DNA from: an uncultured archaeon
Lineage (GTDB): Archaea; Asgardarchaeota; Thorarchaeia; Thorarchaeales; Thorarchaeaceae
NCBI GenBank assembly: GCA_964458565.1
Contig: CAYWJO010000020.1
Location: 1-55,135 of the forward strand
Direction: 5' to 3'
DNA length: 55,135 nucleotides
The translations under genes and the position numbers were made by a program. The notes below the pieces were generated by a model. It had not been told where the DNA came from, searched no databases, and was given only the letters and a program-made list of their open reading frames with translations. Positions 9,969 to 19,216 of the stretch are shown piece after piece; within the stretch, counting starts at the first letter, position 1; the number at the start of each line of letters is the position of its first letter.

Positions 9969-11801
9969 GTGCAGCCAAACAACAGAATCAAATCCGTTCT
10001 CCTAATCTTTATTTTAGTTCTAACACTTTATCCGATTCCTTTAGTTGCATCCGATTCTCATAAAATCTCTCAGGACTGGAATATTAACGCTGAAATCAAT
10101 GGCGCGCAGGTGCATATTTTGAAGGAAGAAGGTGCATTTGATGGCTACAATCTCTTCATGCTTCGAAAGACGAGTACGTCAACTACAGTTCGAGAATTCT
10201 ATTTGATGATTGTAGATATGGAAGGAAATGTGCTCTTAAATGAGCATATGGGTGACGGAATACTCCTTGCAGACTGTCCTGCTGAATTCATTGATCCAAA
10301 TACGATTCTCACCCGCAGACCTAGTGGTGCTATTCTCTATCACCTTGAGAATGGAAGTATAACAGATTTCAACTTTGCTGGGCATCATGAGTTTGAATAC
10401 AATCCTAATAGTGGAACATTCTTTACGTTCAATTATCAATATGTTGACATAAACGGGACATCTTATCTTTTTGACATGATTAAGGAGTTTGATCGTACTG
10501 GCTCTCTCGTTTGGTCTCTGGACACATCTACTTTCATCACTCCTGACCAATACTGTCCTTATTCAGATCGCTACATGAACAAACCAGATGTTACTCACTC
10601 CAACACTATTTTCTATGATCCGGAAGAGGATACAATTCTATACAACTCCCGCAATACAAACACTTTCTATCTGATTGACCATAACACAAGTGAGATACTT
10701 TGGGGGCTCGGTGAATTTGGTGATTTCACCTTAATTGATCAATATGGAAATCAGAAGGAAAATCTCTTCTACCACGCGCATGCAGTGGAACAAGTTGATG
10801 AGAATGTTTTCATTCTTTTTGATAACGACCTACACAATCAGACCTCTGAGATCAACTACACCTCTCGTATGCTTGAGATCACAATCGATGAAGACACAAT
10901 GACTGCTCATACATCTTGGGTCTGGTCTGCTCCCAGAGAATATTACTCATTCATTTGGGGTGATGCAGACAGGCTTCCTAATGGAAACCGGTTAGGGGTT
11001 TTTGGGCCTTGGTATCATTTTGATAGCAGTCCGTATGGCGGTCGTGTTGTCGAAGTGAATCCCGAGGGTGAGGTTGTATGGGAAATGACCTTTGAAAACA
11101 ATGCAAATTATAACTATGGTATCTATAAAATCGAACGATTCCGAAATTCACCAATCACAACTGAAACTGGTATGACTCATGGTCTCGTAGGCGAGAACAT
11201 CGTAGTTGATTGGGATGTTTTCTATAACTATCGTCCGAAAAGGACGATATCAGGTAGTTATGAACTCTATCTGGATGATGCATTATTTGAATCTGGGCAA
11301 TTGTCTTATGACAAATATTGGCGTCCATCCGAGCTAGAATTCGATCTTGGCATTATTGATCAGGGCTTACACAATGCTACACTCCTGTTTAATGAGCCAT
11401 CAGGTTCAAGAACAATCAGTACTATCTTTGTGAATATCTCACTATTCTATCTTGAATTTCAGGGACCACTTTCATTTGTTGTAGGAGACCCCAACAATCT
11501 AATTCGATGGACCGGTGATACTCTATTACCCTACCAATGCACAATATCCGTTGATGAGAATAACGTTTCATCATTCACTTGGAATGGATCTGATATAACA
11601 CTCGATGTAAGTACATATGGAGTTGGTAATCATTCTCTTCAGATTGAATTATTCAATGGAAGTGATCTTGTTTATTCAGCTTCGAATGAGTTTCAAATTG
11701 TTGGAGTTCCATTCTCAATACCTATTGAATTGATACTCCTTATTGCTACAGTATCGGGTGGAATAATCGTTATCTTCTTCATTTTCAAGAGGCGTAGATA
11801 A
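9969..11801 (+). CDS. ASST-like surface protein: propeller + two Ig-like modules + TM (paralog 3)
   Basis: Signal peptide. GHHEFE, THSNT, NSRN, YHAHAV, GDADRLPNGNRL. TM + KRRR. Confidence 0.8.
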   Translation: MQPNNRIKSVLLIFILVLTLYPIPLVASDSHKISQDWNINAEINGAQVHILKEEGAFDGYNLFMLRKTSTSTTVREFYLMIVDMEGNVLLNEHMGDGILLADCPAEFIDPNTILTRRPSGAILYHLENGSITDFNFAGHHEFEYNPNSGTFFTFNYQYVDINGTSYLFDMIKEFDRTGSLVWSLDTSTFITPDQYCPYSDRYMNKPDVTHSNTIFYDPEEDTILYNSRNTNTFYLIDHNTSEILWGLGEFGDFTLIDQYGNQKENLFYHAHAVEQVDENVFILFDNDLHNQTSEINYTSRMLEITIDEDTMTAHTSWVWSAPREYYSFIWGDADRLPNGNRLGVFGPWYHFDSSPYGGRVVEVNPEGEVVWEMTFENNANYNYGIYKIERFRNSPITTETGMTHGLVGENIVVDWDVFYNYRPKRTISGSYELYLDDALFESGQLSYDKYWRPSELEFDLGIIDQGLHNATLLFNEPSGSRTISTIFVNISLFYLEFQGPLSFVVGDPNNLIRWTGDTLLPYQCTISVDENNVSSFTWNGSDITLDVSTYGVGNHSLQIELFNGSDLVYSASNEFQIVGVPFSIPIELILLIATVSGGIIVIFFIFKRRR

Positions 11802-11895
11802 ATGTCGAAATGTTCTTTAGAACATCAAAATGGGAATCTTGTATTGTCCAGATTCCTTAAGAAAAGACATCCAACTTGATTACATTTGGAGAGAA

Positions 11896-12798
11896 ATGGT
11901 GATGAGATATCTGCTTACTCTATTAGTGTTCGGGATGGCTCTTACTCTACCAATAGTATCAGTAACTGCATTAAATACAAGCACCCAAAACAGGATGGGT
12001 GATTTGGATTCCATTGAAGGTGATATCTACGCAGATGCGATTCTCACTTCAAGATCTGCTTGGTACGGTAATGGTGAGAATGCGCTAGGAGCACCTGATA
12101 ATGAGAATGCTACAATTTATGCTGATTATGGCTACGGGTATCTGACTCTTGATATGGGATATGAAGAGGAGATACTGAATGGAACTGGAGCTGATTTTAC
12201 AGTAATAGCAGAAGGTGACTCTTACCGTATAGGTGTAACATCTGATTTAGACATTAGTTTCACTTACTATCCTGCAATTAATGGAACACAAGATTTTGAT
12301 TTGAATGCCCTTTCATTGGATAGTGCGAGGTATGTACGAATCGAATTGATGTCTGGGAATGCAGTCTATCTTGATGCAATAGTCGCAATCCATTATAACT
12401 CTCCTTCAGATGATGGTTCCCCAATTATCACAGCTCTTGATGATATTCTTCTCGACCCTGGTGTTGATAATGTAACATTAGATTGGTCAACCTCTGATGA
12501 ATATCCCCTGAATTATACAATTTTTATGAACGGCACAGCAATCGATTCTGATTCATGGAATGGTGCGAACATCGTGTATACAGCAATATTCACAGAGAAT
12601 GGAGTGTATAACATCACACTCTTGTTATTCGATGCCTTCGGAAATCATGCTGAAGACACTGTGATGGTCACAGTGCCCGAAGAAGCAACAACTCCTAGTT
12701 TGGGTGTCGATTTAGGTACTCTTCTAATGATTGGTCTAGGTGTCTCTGTGATTGCAATTATAATAGCATTATATGTGATACGAAAACGAAGTCCATGA
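11896..12798 (+). CDS. Secreted membrane-anchored protein: putative carbohydrate-binding beta-sandwich + Ig-like module + TM; equals the C-terminal part of the long ASST paralogs
   Basis: Signal peptide follows ATG 11896 (ORF track starts at 11830). The GD.YAD....RSAWY.NG.NALGAPD...LTLDMG..EEI.NG.G.DF...ARYVRI...LDAI block is shared with paralogs 1, 4 and 6. TM + RKR. Confidence 0.75.
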   Translation: MVMRYLLTLLVFGMALTLPIVSVTALNTSTQNRMGDLDSIEGDIYADAILTSRSAWYGNGENALGAPDNENATIYADYGYGYLTLDMGYEEEILNGTGADFTVIAEGDSYRIGVTSDLDISFTYYPAINGTQDFDLNALSLDSARYVRIELMSGNAVYLDAIVAIHYNSPSDDGSPIITALDDILLDPGVDNVTLDWSTSDEYPLNYTIFMNGTAIDSDSWNGANIVYTAIFTENGVYNITLLLFDAFGNHAEDTVMVTVPEEATTPSLGVDLGTLLMIGLGVSVIAIIIALYVIRKRSP

Positions 12799-12848
12799 AA
12801 TTAAAACAAGGATTATAGGCGAACATAATTTGGAGTAGATGATGTGTC

Positions 12849-15800
12849 ATGCATAGAAAACTGATCGTTGCGGTTCTAATTTTACTCTTTACCATGCCAA
12901 TGGTTCCAAGTAGCGTTGAGTCAATTACAGATACATCTCAACCCCTTAACTATGAAACTAAAGTGCGTGACAGAGATGTTGACAATTTAACTCTCACAAC
13001 TGTTGATATCATGGGGGCAGATGTAGAGATATGGACTTCAGACCAAGCGTTTGAAGGATACAATCTCTTTGTCCTCAGAAAGAAAAATGTAGATGTTACT
13101 GGATACAATCAAACTCTACTACTTACTGACATGGAAGGGAATATTCTAATCGAAGAAAATGTTGTTGAAGGAATCTTTGAACTTGCTGATGTGAATTGTG
13201 AGATGATTAACTCTACAACTCTACTCATGGGGTATCAAGGTACTGCTGCACTCTGGAATCTTGAAACAGGACGGAAGAAATTCCTTGGTTTTTGGGGACA
13301 TCACGAATACGAGTACAATAATAATGATAACACCATTTTCACATTCAAGTACCATTCTGTTGAAATCGAAGGTAATCCCTATCTTATGGATGAAATCAGA
13401 GAATACGATCTTGATGGGAACATAGTTTGGTCTCTCGATGTTAGTGAGTTCATTTCACATGAATGGTATTGCCCTTATGAAGATCGTTTCATGAATCAGC
13501 CCGACATCACTCATTCCAACACACTCTTTTATGATGATGATGAGGACATGATTTACTATCATCCTAGAAACACGAATACATTTTTCAAAATCGACCATGC
13601 GACCGGAGATGTAATCTGGGGGCTTGGTGAGTATGGGGACTTCACACTTATTGACAGATATGGTCGAGTCACTAACGCTCTTTTCTATCATGGACATGCG
13701 CTTGAAAAGGTTGATGATAATACGTTCATTATCTTCGATAATGACCTGCACAATCAATCCAACCAGTTTAACTATCGTTCTCGAATGATTGAGATCACGA
13801 TTGATGAAGACACAATGACAGCTTATGAGAGCTGGACTTGGACTGGAGGCGACGATTACTGGTGTCATTTCTGGGGCGATGCAGACCGGCTTCCTAATGG
13901 GAACAGATTGGGGGTTTTTGGTGCTCCAACTCACGCTGCAGGTGATTATGGCGCGAGAGTGGTAGAAGTCAATGAAGCCGGTGAAATTGTATGGGAGATG
14001 AACTTTCGAGGATCTGATCAGTATAAGTGGGGGATTTACCGTTGTGACAGAATCAGGTTTGAACCATCTCTAATCTCTCCAGTAGATTCAATTGCATTAT
14101 TCAATGAAGAAATAGAGCTTACATGGCAAGCACTGTATAATTTTCGTAGTAAGCAATCACTTACTGGTTCTTACTGGGCATATGTGAATGGAAGTCTGGT
14201 GAGTACAGGGAATATAACCTATGACCGATTCTGGCGTCCCGTTGATGTTCCTGTAGCAATAGGTCAATGGTCTCCCGGTGTGTACAATGTCACACTAGTT
14301 GCTGCAGATGAAGGTGGGCATACAACATCTGATACCGTAATGATATCTGTAGTTCCCATTTACATGAATCGTGTGGGCTCTACACATCTTGAAGAGGGAC
14401 AAAACGAATATGTGATTACTTGGACTGGGGGAACTATTCATCCTCTTATATGCACTATTCTTGTTGATGGTGCTGAAACCACAACTTTTTCCTGGAATGG
14501 AGACGATATCAATCTCGATTTAGGTGCAATAGGTGTAGGTGAACATCAAGTACAACTAAGTCTTTACAACGATACTGTTGAGGTATATCTTGATGAATTC
14601 ACACTGAAAATATGTCCTAATGAGTTACCTGTTTTCTATTCTTCACCAATCATCAAATCATTTGCGTATGGTCGTGAGAAACAATTGATTTGGGGAGTCA
14701 ACGATTGCGCTCCAGCCTTTAGAGAGCTCTATGTTGATGGAAATATGATATCGAATGAAACCTGGGAGGTAGGTACTGTTAAGGTTGAGTGGACTCCTGT
14801 TGATCTGGATATTGGGGCGTACAATATCACTCTGGTCTTGATTGATATGGCGAACCACAGAGTATCTGACTCGGTCGTGCTCTTCATCACAGTCCCTTCG
14901 CCTCCAATGATTGTTTCCCGTCCTATTGTCGAACCAATTTTGTGGGGTACACCTGATGTTTCATTCAGTTGGGAAGTTAGAGGTGGTGGTCAATGGACTG
15001 TATATAAGAACTCAATACCCCTGTATGGTGGTCCTGTGATTGACACCACGATAGGTTTTACAATCCACGATTGGGGAGCGGAGTTGTGGAGTGTTGGCAC
15101 AAACGAAATCGTGCTAAAGGTCTACGATTCATTTGGATTTACTTCTGACACCTTGAGTGTTGAGGTCATACAGGACCCTGGGGATGCTTATGCAGATAGC
15201 ATTGTCACCTCTAGATCCACCTGGTATTCCAATGGTGATAATGCGATAGGTGAACCGGATGGCGTAACCGCTTCAATATTCATGGATTATGGACCTGGAT
15301 ACATGACACTAGATATGGGGTTGAATGAAGAGATTGTTAACGGTGTTGGTGACGATCTAATAATCTACTCTAATGGTGGGAATTATTCCCTCTCAATTCT
15401 TCAAACATTAACCAGTAATCCCATCTCAATTGGTGTATTCAGCGGAAATCATAGTATTGACCTAGATTCATTTGAGGTCAGTTTGGTTCGATATGTTCGA
15501 TTGGAATACTACAATGGAGACTGGGTCGAGCTAGATGCAATAGAGGCATTACATCACAATAATCCTTCAAGTGATCTCATAAATCCCCAGATTAGTGATG
15601 AACACAATCTCGTCCTTGATCCAGGTCTGAGAAGTGTCGTTCTTGAATGGACCGGCAGTGACGAGAATCCGCTTATCTATCAAGTTCTGCATAATGGTAC
15701 TATTATGAAATACGGCGCTTGGACTGGTGGTGCAGTTGAATATACCTTCAGACCAAAAGATATCGGCATCTGGAATGTAACTATGGTCTTTTTTGATGCT

Positions 15801-15953
15801 TTTGGTAACTCTGCGTACGACTCGGTGTTAGTTGAAGTGAGTTTCATTCCATCAGATACTCTGGAGGTCACCACACTCTTGCTCATTAGTGGTATCGGTA
15901 TCTCTGCGCTCATTATTGCGATTATATTCTGGTATAGGCGGAAATCTACATAG
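12849..15953 (+). CDS. ASST-like surface protein, long form (paralog 4)
   Basis: GHHEYE, THSNT, HPRN, YHGHAL, GDADRLPNGNRL. Same Ig/beta-sandwich/TM architecture as paralog 1. Confidence 0.8.
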   Translation: MHRKLIVAVLILLFTMPMVPSSVESITDTSQPLNYETKVRDRDVDNLTLTTVDIMGADVEIWTSDQAFEGYNLFVLRKKNVDVTGYNQTLLLTDMEGNILIEENVVEGIFELADVNCEMINSTTLLMGYQGTAALWNLETGRKKFLGFWGHHEYEYNNNDNTIFTFKYHSVEIEGNPYLMDEIREYDLDGNIVWSLDVSEFISHEWYCPYEDRFMNQPDITHSNTLFYDDDEDMIYYHPRNTNTFFKIDHATGDVIWGLGEYGDFTLIDRYGRVTNALFYHGHALEKVDDNTFIIFDNDLHNQSNQFNYRSRMIEITIDEDTMTAYESWTWTGGDDYWCHFWGDADRLPNGNRLGVFGAPTHAAGDYGARVVEVNEAGEIVWEMNFRGSDQYKWGIYRCDRIRFEPSLISPVDSIALFNEEIELTWQALYNFRSKQSLTGSYWAYVNGSLVSTGNITYDRFWRPVDVPVAIGQWSPGVYNVTLVAADEGGHTTSDTVMISVVPIYMNRVGSTHLEEGQNEYVITWTGGTIHPLICTILVDGAETTTFSWNGDDINLDLGAIGVGEHQVQLSLYNDTVEVYLDEFTLKICPNELPVFYSSPIIKSFAYGREKQLIWGVNDCAPAFRELYVDGNMISNETWEVGTVKVEWTPVDLDIGAYNITLVLIDMANHRVSDSVVLFITVPSPPMIVSRPIVEPILWGTPDVSFSWEVRGGGQWTVYKNSIPLYGGPVIDTTIGFTIHDWGAELWSVGTNEIVLKVYDSFGFTSDTLSVEVIQDPGDAYADSIVTSRSTWYSNGDNAIGEPDGVTASIFMDYGPGYMTLDMGLNEEIVNGVGDDLIIYSNGGNYSLSILQTLTSNPISIGVFSGNHSIDLDSFEVSLVRYVRLEYYNGDWVELDAIEALHHNNPSSDLINPQISDEHNLVLDPGLRSVVLEWTGSDENPLIYQVLHNGTIMKYGAWTGGAVEYTFRPKDIGIWNVTMVFFDAFGNSAYDSVLVEVSFIPSDTLEVTTLLLISGIGISALIIAIIFWYRRKST

Positions 15954-17637
15954 TTGTTAATTCAGGTTCAGGTGGATATGAGTATTCAGGGCTACTGTTA
16001 ATCCGTTTTCTATTTCTGAATTGCCAGATGAATAATATCGTTATTAGTACAATGAGCGTGATTGCACCATAATTTGCATACAATAGGGCATTTTGCTCAA
16101 CAGTGATTATAATATAATCTGTCATTTCGAGCCCTTCAGAATTTGATACTGTGACTGATATGTTGTGTGTACCAATCCCTAATCCTGTAAATCCTAGAAC
16201 TATGAAATTCTCTTGCCAATATGATTCCATAACAAACGGATAGGTGAATAGAACAGTATCCGCCTCTTCAATGGTAATGAGAGCGGTTGTCTCATACATT
16301 CGTCTAATATTATCCCATACTCGAAGATTAATTTCCATATCTGCACCATCGACGTAAGGCTCTGGGATTCCCATTACCCTGACAAATGGATGAACGTAAA
16401 ATCGTTCTATGTCCTCAATAGATATAGAATAAACATCGGAATCAAACTCGATCTCCCATGCGAGTCTGTCATTCTGAGTGAATTCTAGGAGAACTGGTCG
16501 ATCTTGTCTATTGAATGCAATAATTGTGTTTTCCAACGGGATTCTGCTCATGCTACCTGAAGACGCAAAGGAATTATCTGGCCCATTCAGAGATCGTACA
16601 ACTTGCGTGACGTTTCCTTCTTCATCAAGCACGAATTCGATGAATCTAGTAATTCCAATTCTTGGGTCTGAGGCAGTCAAGTTCCAATAATCTGTGTCGA
16701 TGCAGACAAATTGGTCAGGTCCCACTTTCTCACATGAATCCGGATGATAGAATATATTGTCCAACGATTCACCTACAAGATTGAATATTTCAAACTCGTT
16801 CTGATATCTTCCAATAATCCATTCAGTTTCCCCCGATGCGTAGTTGATTTTCACCACACAGTCTAGGTTTCTGACCGTGAGGTATATCATCGCATCTTCC
16901 ATATCCCATGAAATACTGTTAGCATGCATCCAGTCAATATCTGTAGGTGCTCCTTCAACAGTTTCTTCTCGTAAGAGATATTCACTTGCATTGAATGGGA
17001 ACGTCATATTACCGTCCCATCTCCAAAGCTCGGTACCCTCAAGATCATATTCAACAATGTCATTTCCAATTATTGTGTAGTCGGTTCCATTGTGCATATA
17101 ATTTCCAAAATTTGAACTCTCAATAACAAGGAAACTTTCCGTGTTCGGATTATATTCAATATCATTAGCCCCGCTCGGAACGGGAAGCACTTCTGTACCG
17201 TTCGTCATAATGTTCCAAATTGTGATAGTATCTGGTTCATCATTAGCAGTTAAAGCAACTGTAGTAGAATTAATCCATGTTGGATGTCCATATCCGTAAC
17301 CTTCTTTATACAATCCTGAGAAGACCTTTCCTTCCATATTCATAACTAACACAAAACCAAATGCAGGATTTGTAGTACCTGCATGATAATACTGAACTGG
17401 TACAAGATTGTATCCATCAGCTGCCCGATTTGGACTGTATTGGTTGACAAATATGGATTCTCTGACTACTTCGAATTCAGTTGAATTATAGGGTAATGCT
17501 TCGCCTACTTGGTATTGGTGGACTTCATTCATTTCACATGTCTTGATGCATTCATTACTCATCGGATAACACAAAGATGCAGCAAATGTCACAATCAAGA
17601 TTAAGGCGATGATTCTGTGTCCTCGCATTGTCTTCAC
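15946..17637 (-). CDS. Divergent ASST-like surface protein, probably catalytically inactive (paralog 5)
   Basis: Retains DIEYNP, IVEYD..G...W.W, WMHANS, VRNLD, W.IG, but has GAND in place of GHHE and YHPDS in place of YHxH. Signal peptide, one Ig-like module, TM and a ~20-aa tail. Confidence 0.7.
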   Translation of the reverse strand: MKTMRGHRIIALILIVTFAASLCYPMSNECIKTCEMNEVHQYQVGEALPYNSTEFEVVRESIFVNQYSPNRAADGYNLVPVQYYHAGTTNPAFGFVLVMNMEGKVFSGLYKEGYGYGHPTWINSTTVALTANDEPDTITIWNIMTNGTEVLPVPSGANDIEYNPNTESFLVIESSNFGNYMHNGTDYTIIGNDIVEYDLEGTELWRWDGNMTFPFNASEYLLREETVEGAPTDIDWMHANSISWDMEDAMIYLTVRNLDCVVKINYASGETEWIIGRYQNEFEIFNLVGESLDNIFYHPDSCEKVGPDQFVCIDTDYWNLTASDPRIGITRFIEFVLDEEGNVTQVVRSLNGPDNSFASSGSMSRIPLENTIIAFNRQDRPVLLEFTQNDRLAWEIEFDSDVYSISIEDIERFYVHPFVRVMGIPEPYVDGADMEINLRVWDNIRRMYETTALITIEEADTVLFTYPFVMESYWQENFIVLGFTGLGIGTHNISVTVSNSEGLEMTDYIIITVEQNALLYANYGAITLIVLITILFIWQFRNRKRINSSPEYSYPPEPELTTM

Positions 17638-17708
17638 CTGAATATCAGATTCTTGACGACACTAGATATTAAAAATACACTTCGGATGTTGTTGCCATGA
17701 CTATAATA

Positions 17709-19061
17709 CTAAGTCTGTCTCTTAATACCCACTTTTCCAACGCAACGATACTCAAAACCTCTTGAAACTAAATCGTTGGCATCAAATACGTTACGACCAT
17801 CTACAATCACAGGAGTACGCATTACCTTGACAATTCTGTCTAAATCCATTTCGAAGTATTCGTTATGTTTTGTAACTAGCGCCAGACAGTCCGAGTCTTT
17901 TGCTGCTTCAATGATATCACGTTGGATTTCATGAGGTGTAAATTCCCATGTCTGTACAAATGGATCGTGAATACGTACTTGCGCACCTTTTGACATCAGA
18001 GCAGCTATCAACGTCGCAGCGGGCGAATTTCTGGTGTCATCACTATTTTCAAGATATGCCACACCAAGGACTGTGACGATTGAATCCTGAATTGAAACTT
18101 CCTTGAATTGCAGTGCATTTTGGATTAGATCGGTCATATGAACCGGCATATGATTATTGATTCTTCTCGCTAGTGAAATGAATTCAGGTTCTATTTTCCA
18201 CGTTCCGTATTCATATAAACCGTATCTGAGGAGCCACGGATCCTTTGGAAGACAGTGTCCACCAACACCCGCTCCTGGGATGTGCATATGCCTGTCATGT
18301 CTTGCGTTTATCAACTTGATAATCTCATAGATATTAACACCAAGACTTTCAGAAACCAATGCCATTTCATTTGCGAATGCGATATTCACATCCCGATAGG
18401 CATTCTCGATTGTCTTTGATAGTTCTGCGGTGAGGGTATCTGTTGTGTAAATCTCTTCTTTCACAATCGTTGCATATAGGTCATATGCTCTCTTGGTAGC
18501 TTCTGCGGTGATTCCTCCGACAACTCTTGGCATATTCGCAATGAATTCAAGAAGTCTTCCCGGCATAACACGCTCATATGAGAATGCAAGATCAAAGTCC
18601 TCTCCGCCTACTAAACCGGATTCCTTTTCGATGATTGTCTTTACAACATTTTCTGTTGTTCCTGGGGCAACTGTTGATTCTACAATAACCAATGCACCCT
18701 TTTTGAGTTTTTTACCAATATTTGCACTTACTTCTCTCAGGGATTGATACTGTGGCATGTTCTGTGCATCAGTTGGTGTCTGAACATCAATAAGGATGAT
18801 ATCAGCATCTGCTAATACTTCTATATCATCTGTCACTACAAAGGTGCCCTTCTTTACTACTCGCGATATGAGCTCCTCGAGACCTGGTTCTACTCCCTCA
18901 AATGGTGATTTCCCATTGTTCAGTGCGTCAATTTTCCAACCAGACCTCTTTGATTTTCTCTGGAGCCCTGTAACATGATGTCCTTCAACATCTGCGAGCA
19001 ATGCTGCAGCAGGGATGCCAACATAGCCCATACCAACAACAACTATCTCTGTTGTCATCAT
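17709..19061 (-). CDS. Nucleotide-sugar dehydrogenase (UDP-ManNAc/UDP-GlcNAc 6-dehydrogenase, WecC/WbpA-like)
   Basis: GMGYVG, V.TP, VESTV.PGTT, ERV.PG, K..EN.YRDVNIAFANE, PG.GVGGHCLPKDP, D.RNSP, DGRN. Confidence 0.93.
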   Translation of the reverse strand: MMTTEIVVVGMGYVGIPAAALLADVEGHHVTGLQRKSKRSGWKIDALNNGKSPFEGVEPGLEELISRVVKKGTFVVTDDIEVLADADIILIDVQTPTDAQNMPQYQSLREVSANIGKKLKKGALVIVESTVAPGTTENVVKTIIEKESGLVGGEDFDLAFSYERVMPGRLLEFIANMPRVVGGITAEATKRAYDLYATIVKEEIYTTDTLTAELSKTIENAYRDVNIAFANEMALVSESLGVNIYEIIKLINARHDRHMHIPGAGVGGHCLPKDPWLLRYGLYEYGTWKIEPEFISLARRINNHMPVHMTDLIQNALQFKEVSIQDSIVTVLGVAYLENSDDTRNSPAATLIAALMSKGAQVRIHDPFVQTWEFTPHEIQRDIIEAAKDSDCLALVTKHNEYFEMDLDRIVKVMRTPVIVDGRNVFDANDLVSRGFEYRCVGKVGIKRQT

Positions 19062-19216
19062 TTACACCTTCTTCGGTACTTCAGACACGCGTCGCTGAGG
19101 TGTCATTGTTGAAAAAGGTTGCCAAAGTACGAAGAATGCACCTGTGAAATGAATGAATCCCGAAATCCTCATTAACCCAGTCTTCTGGGATATTACATCG
19201 CTGGTGATCAGATAAA

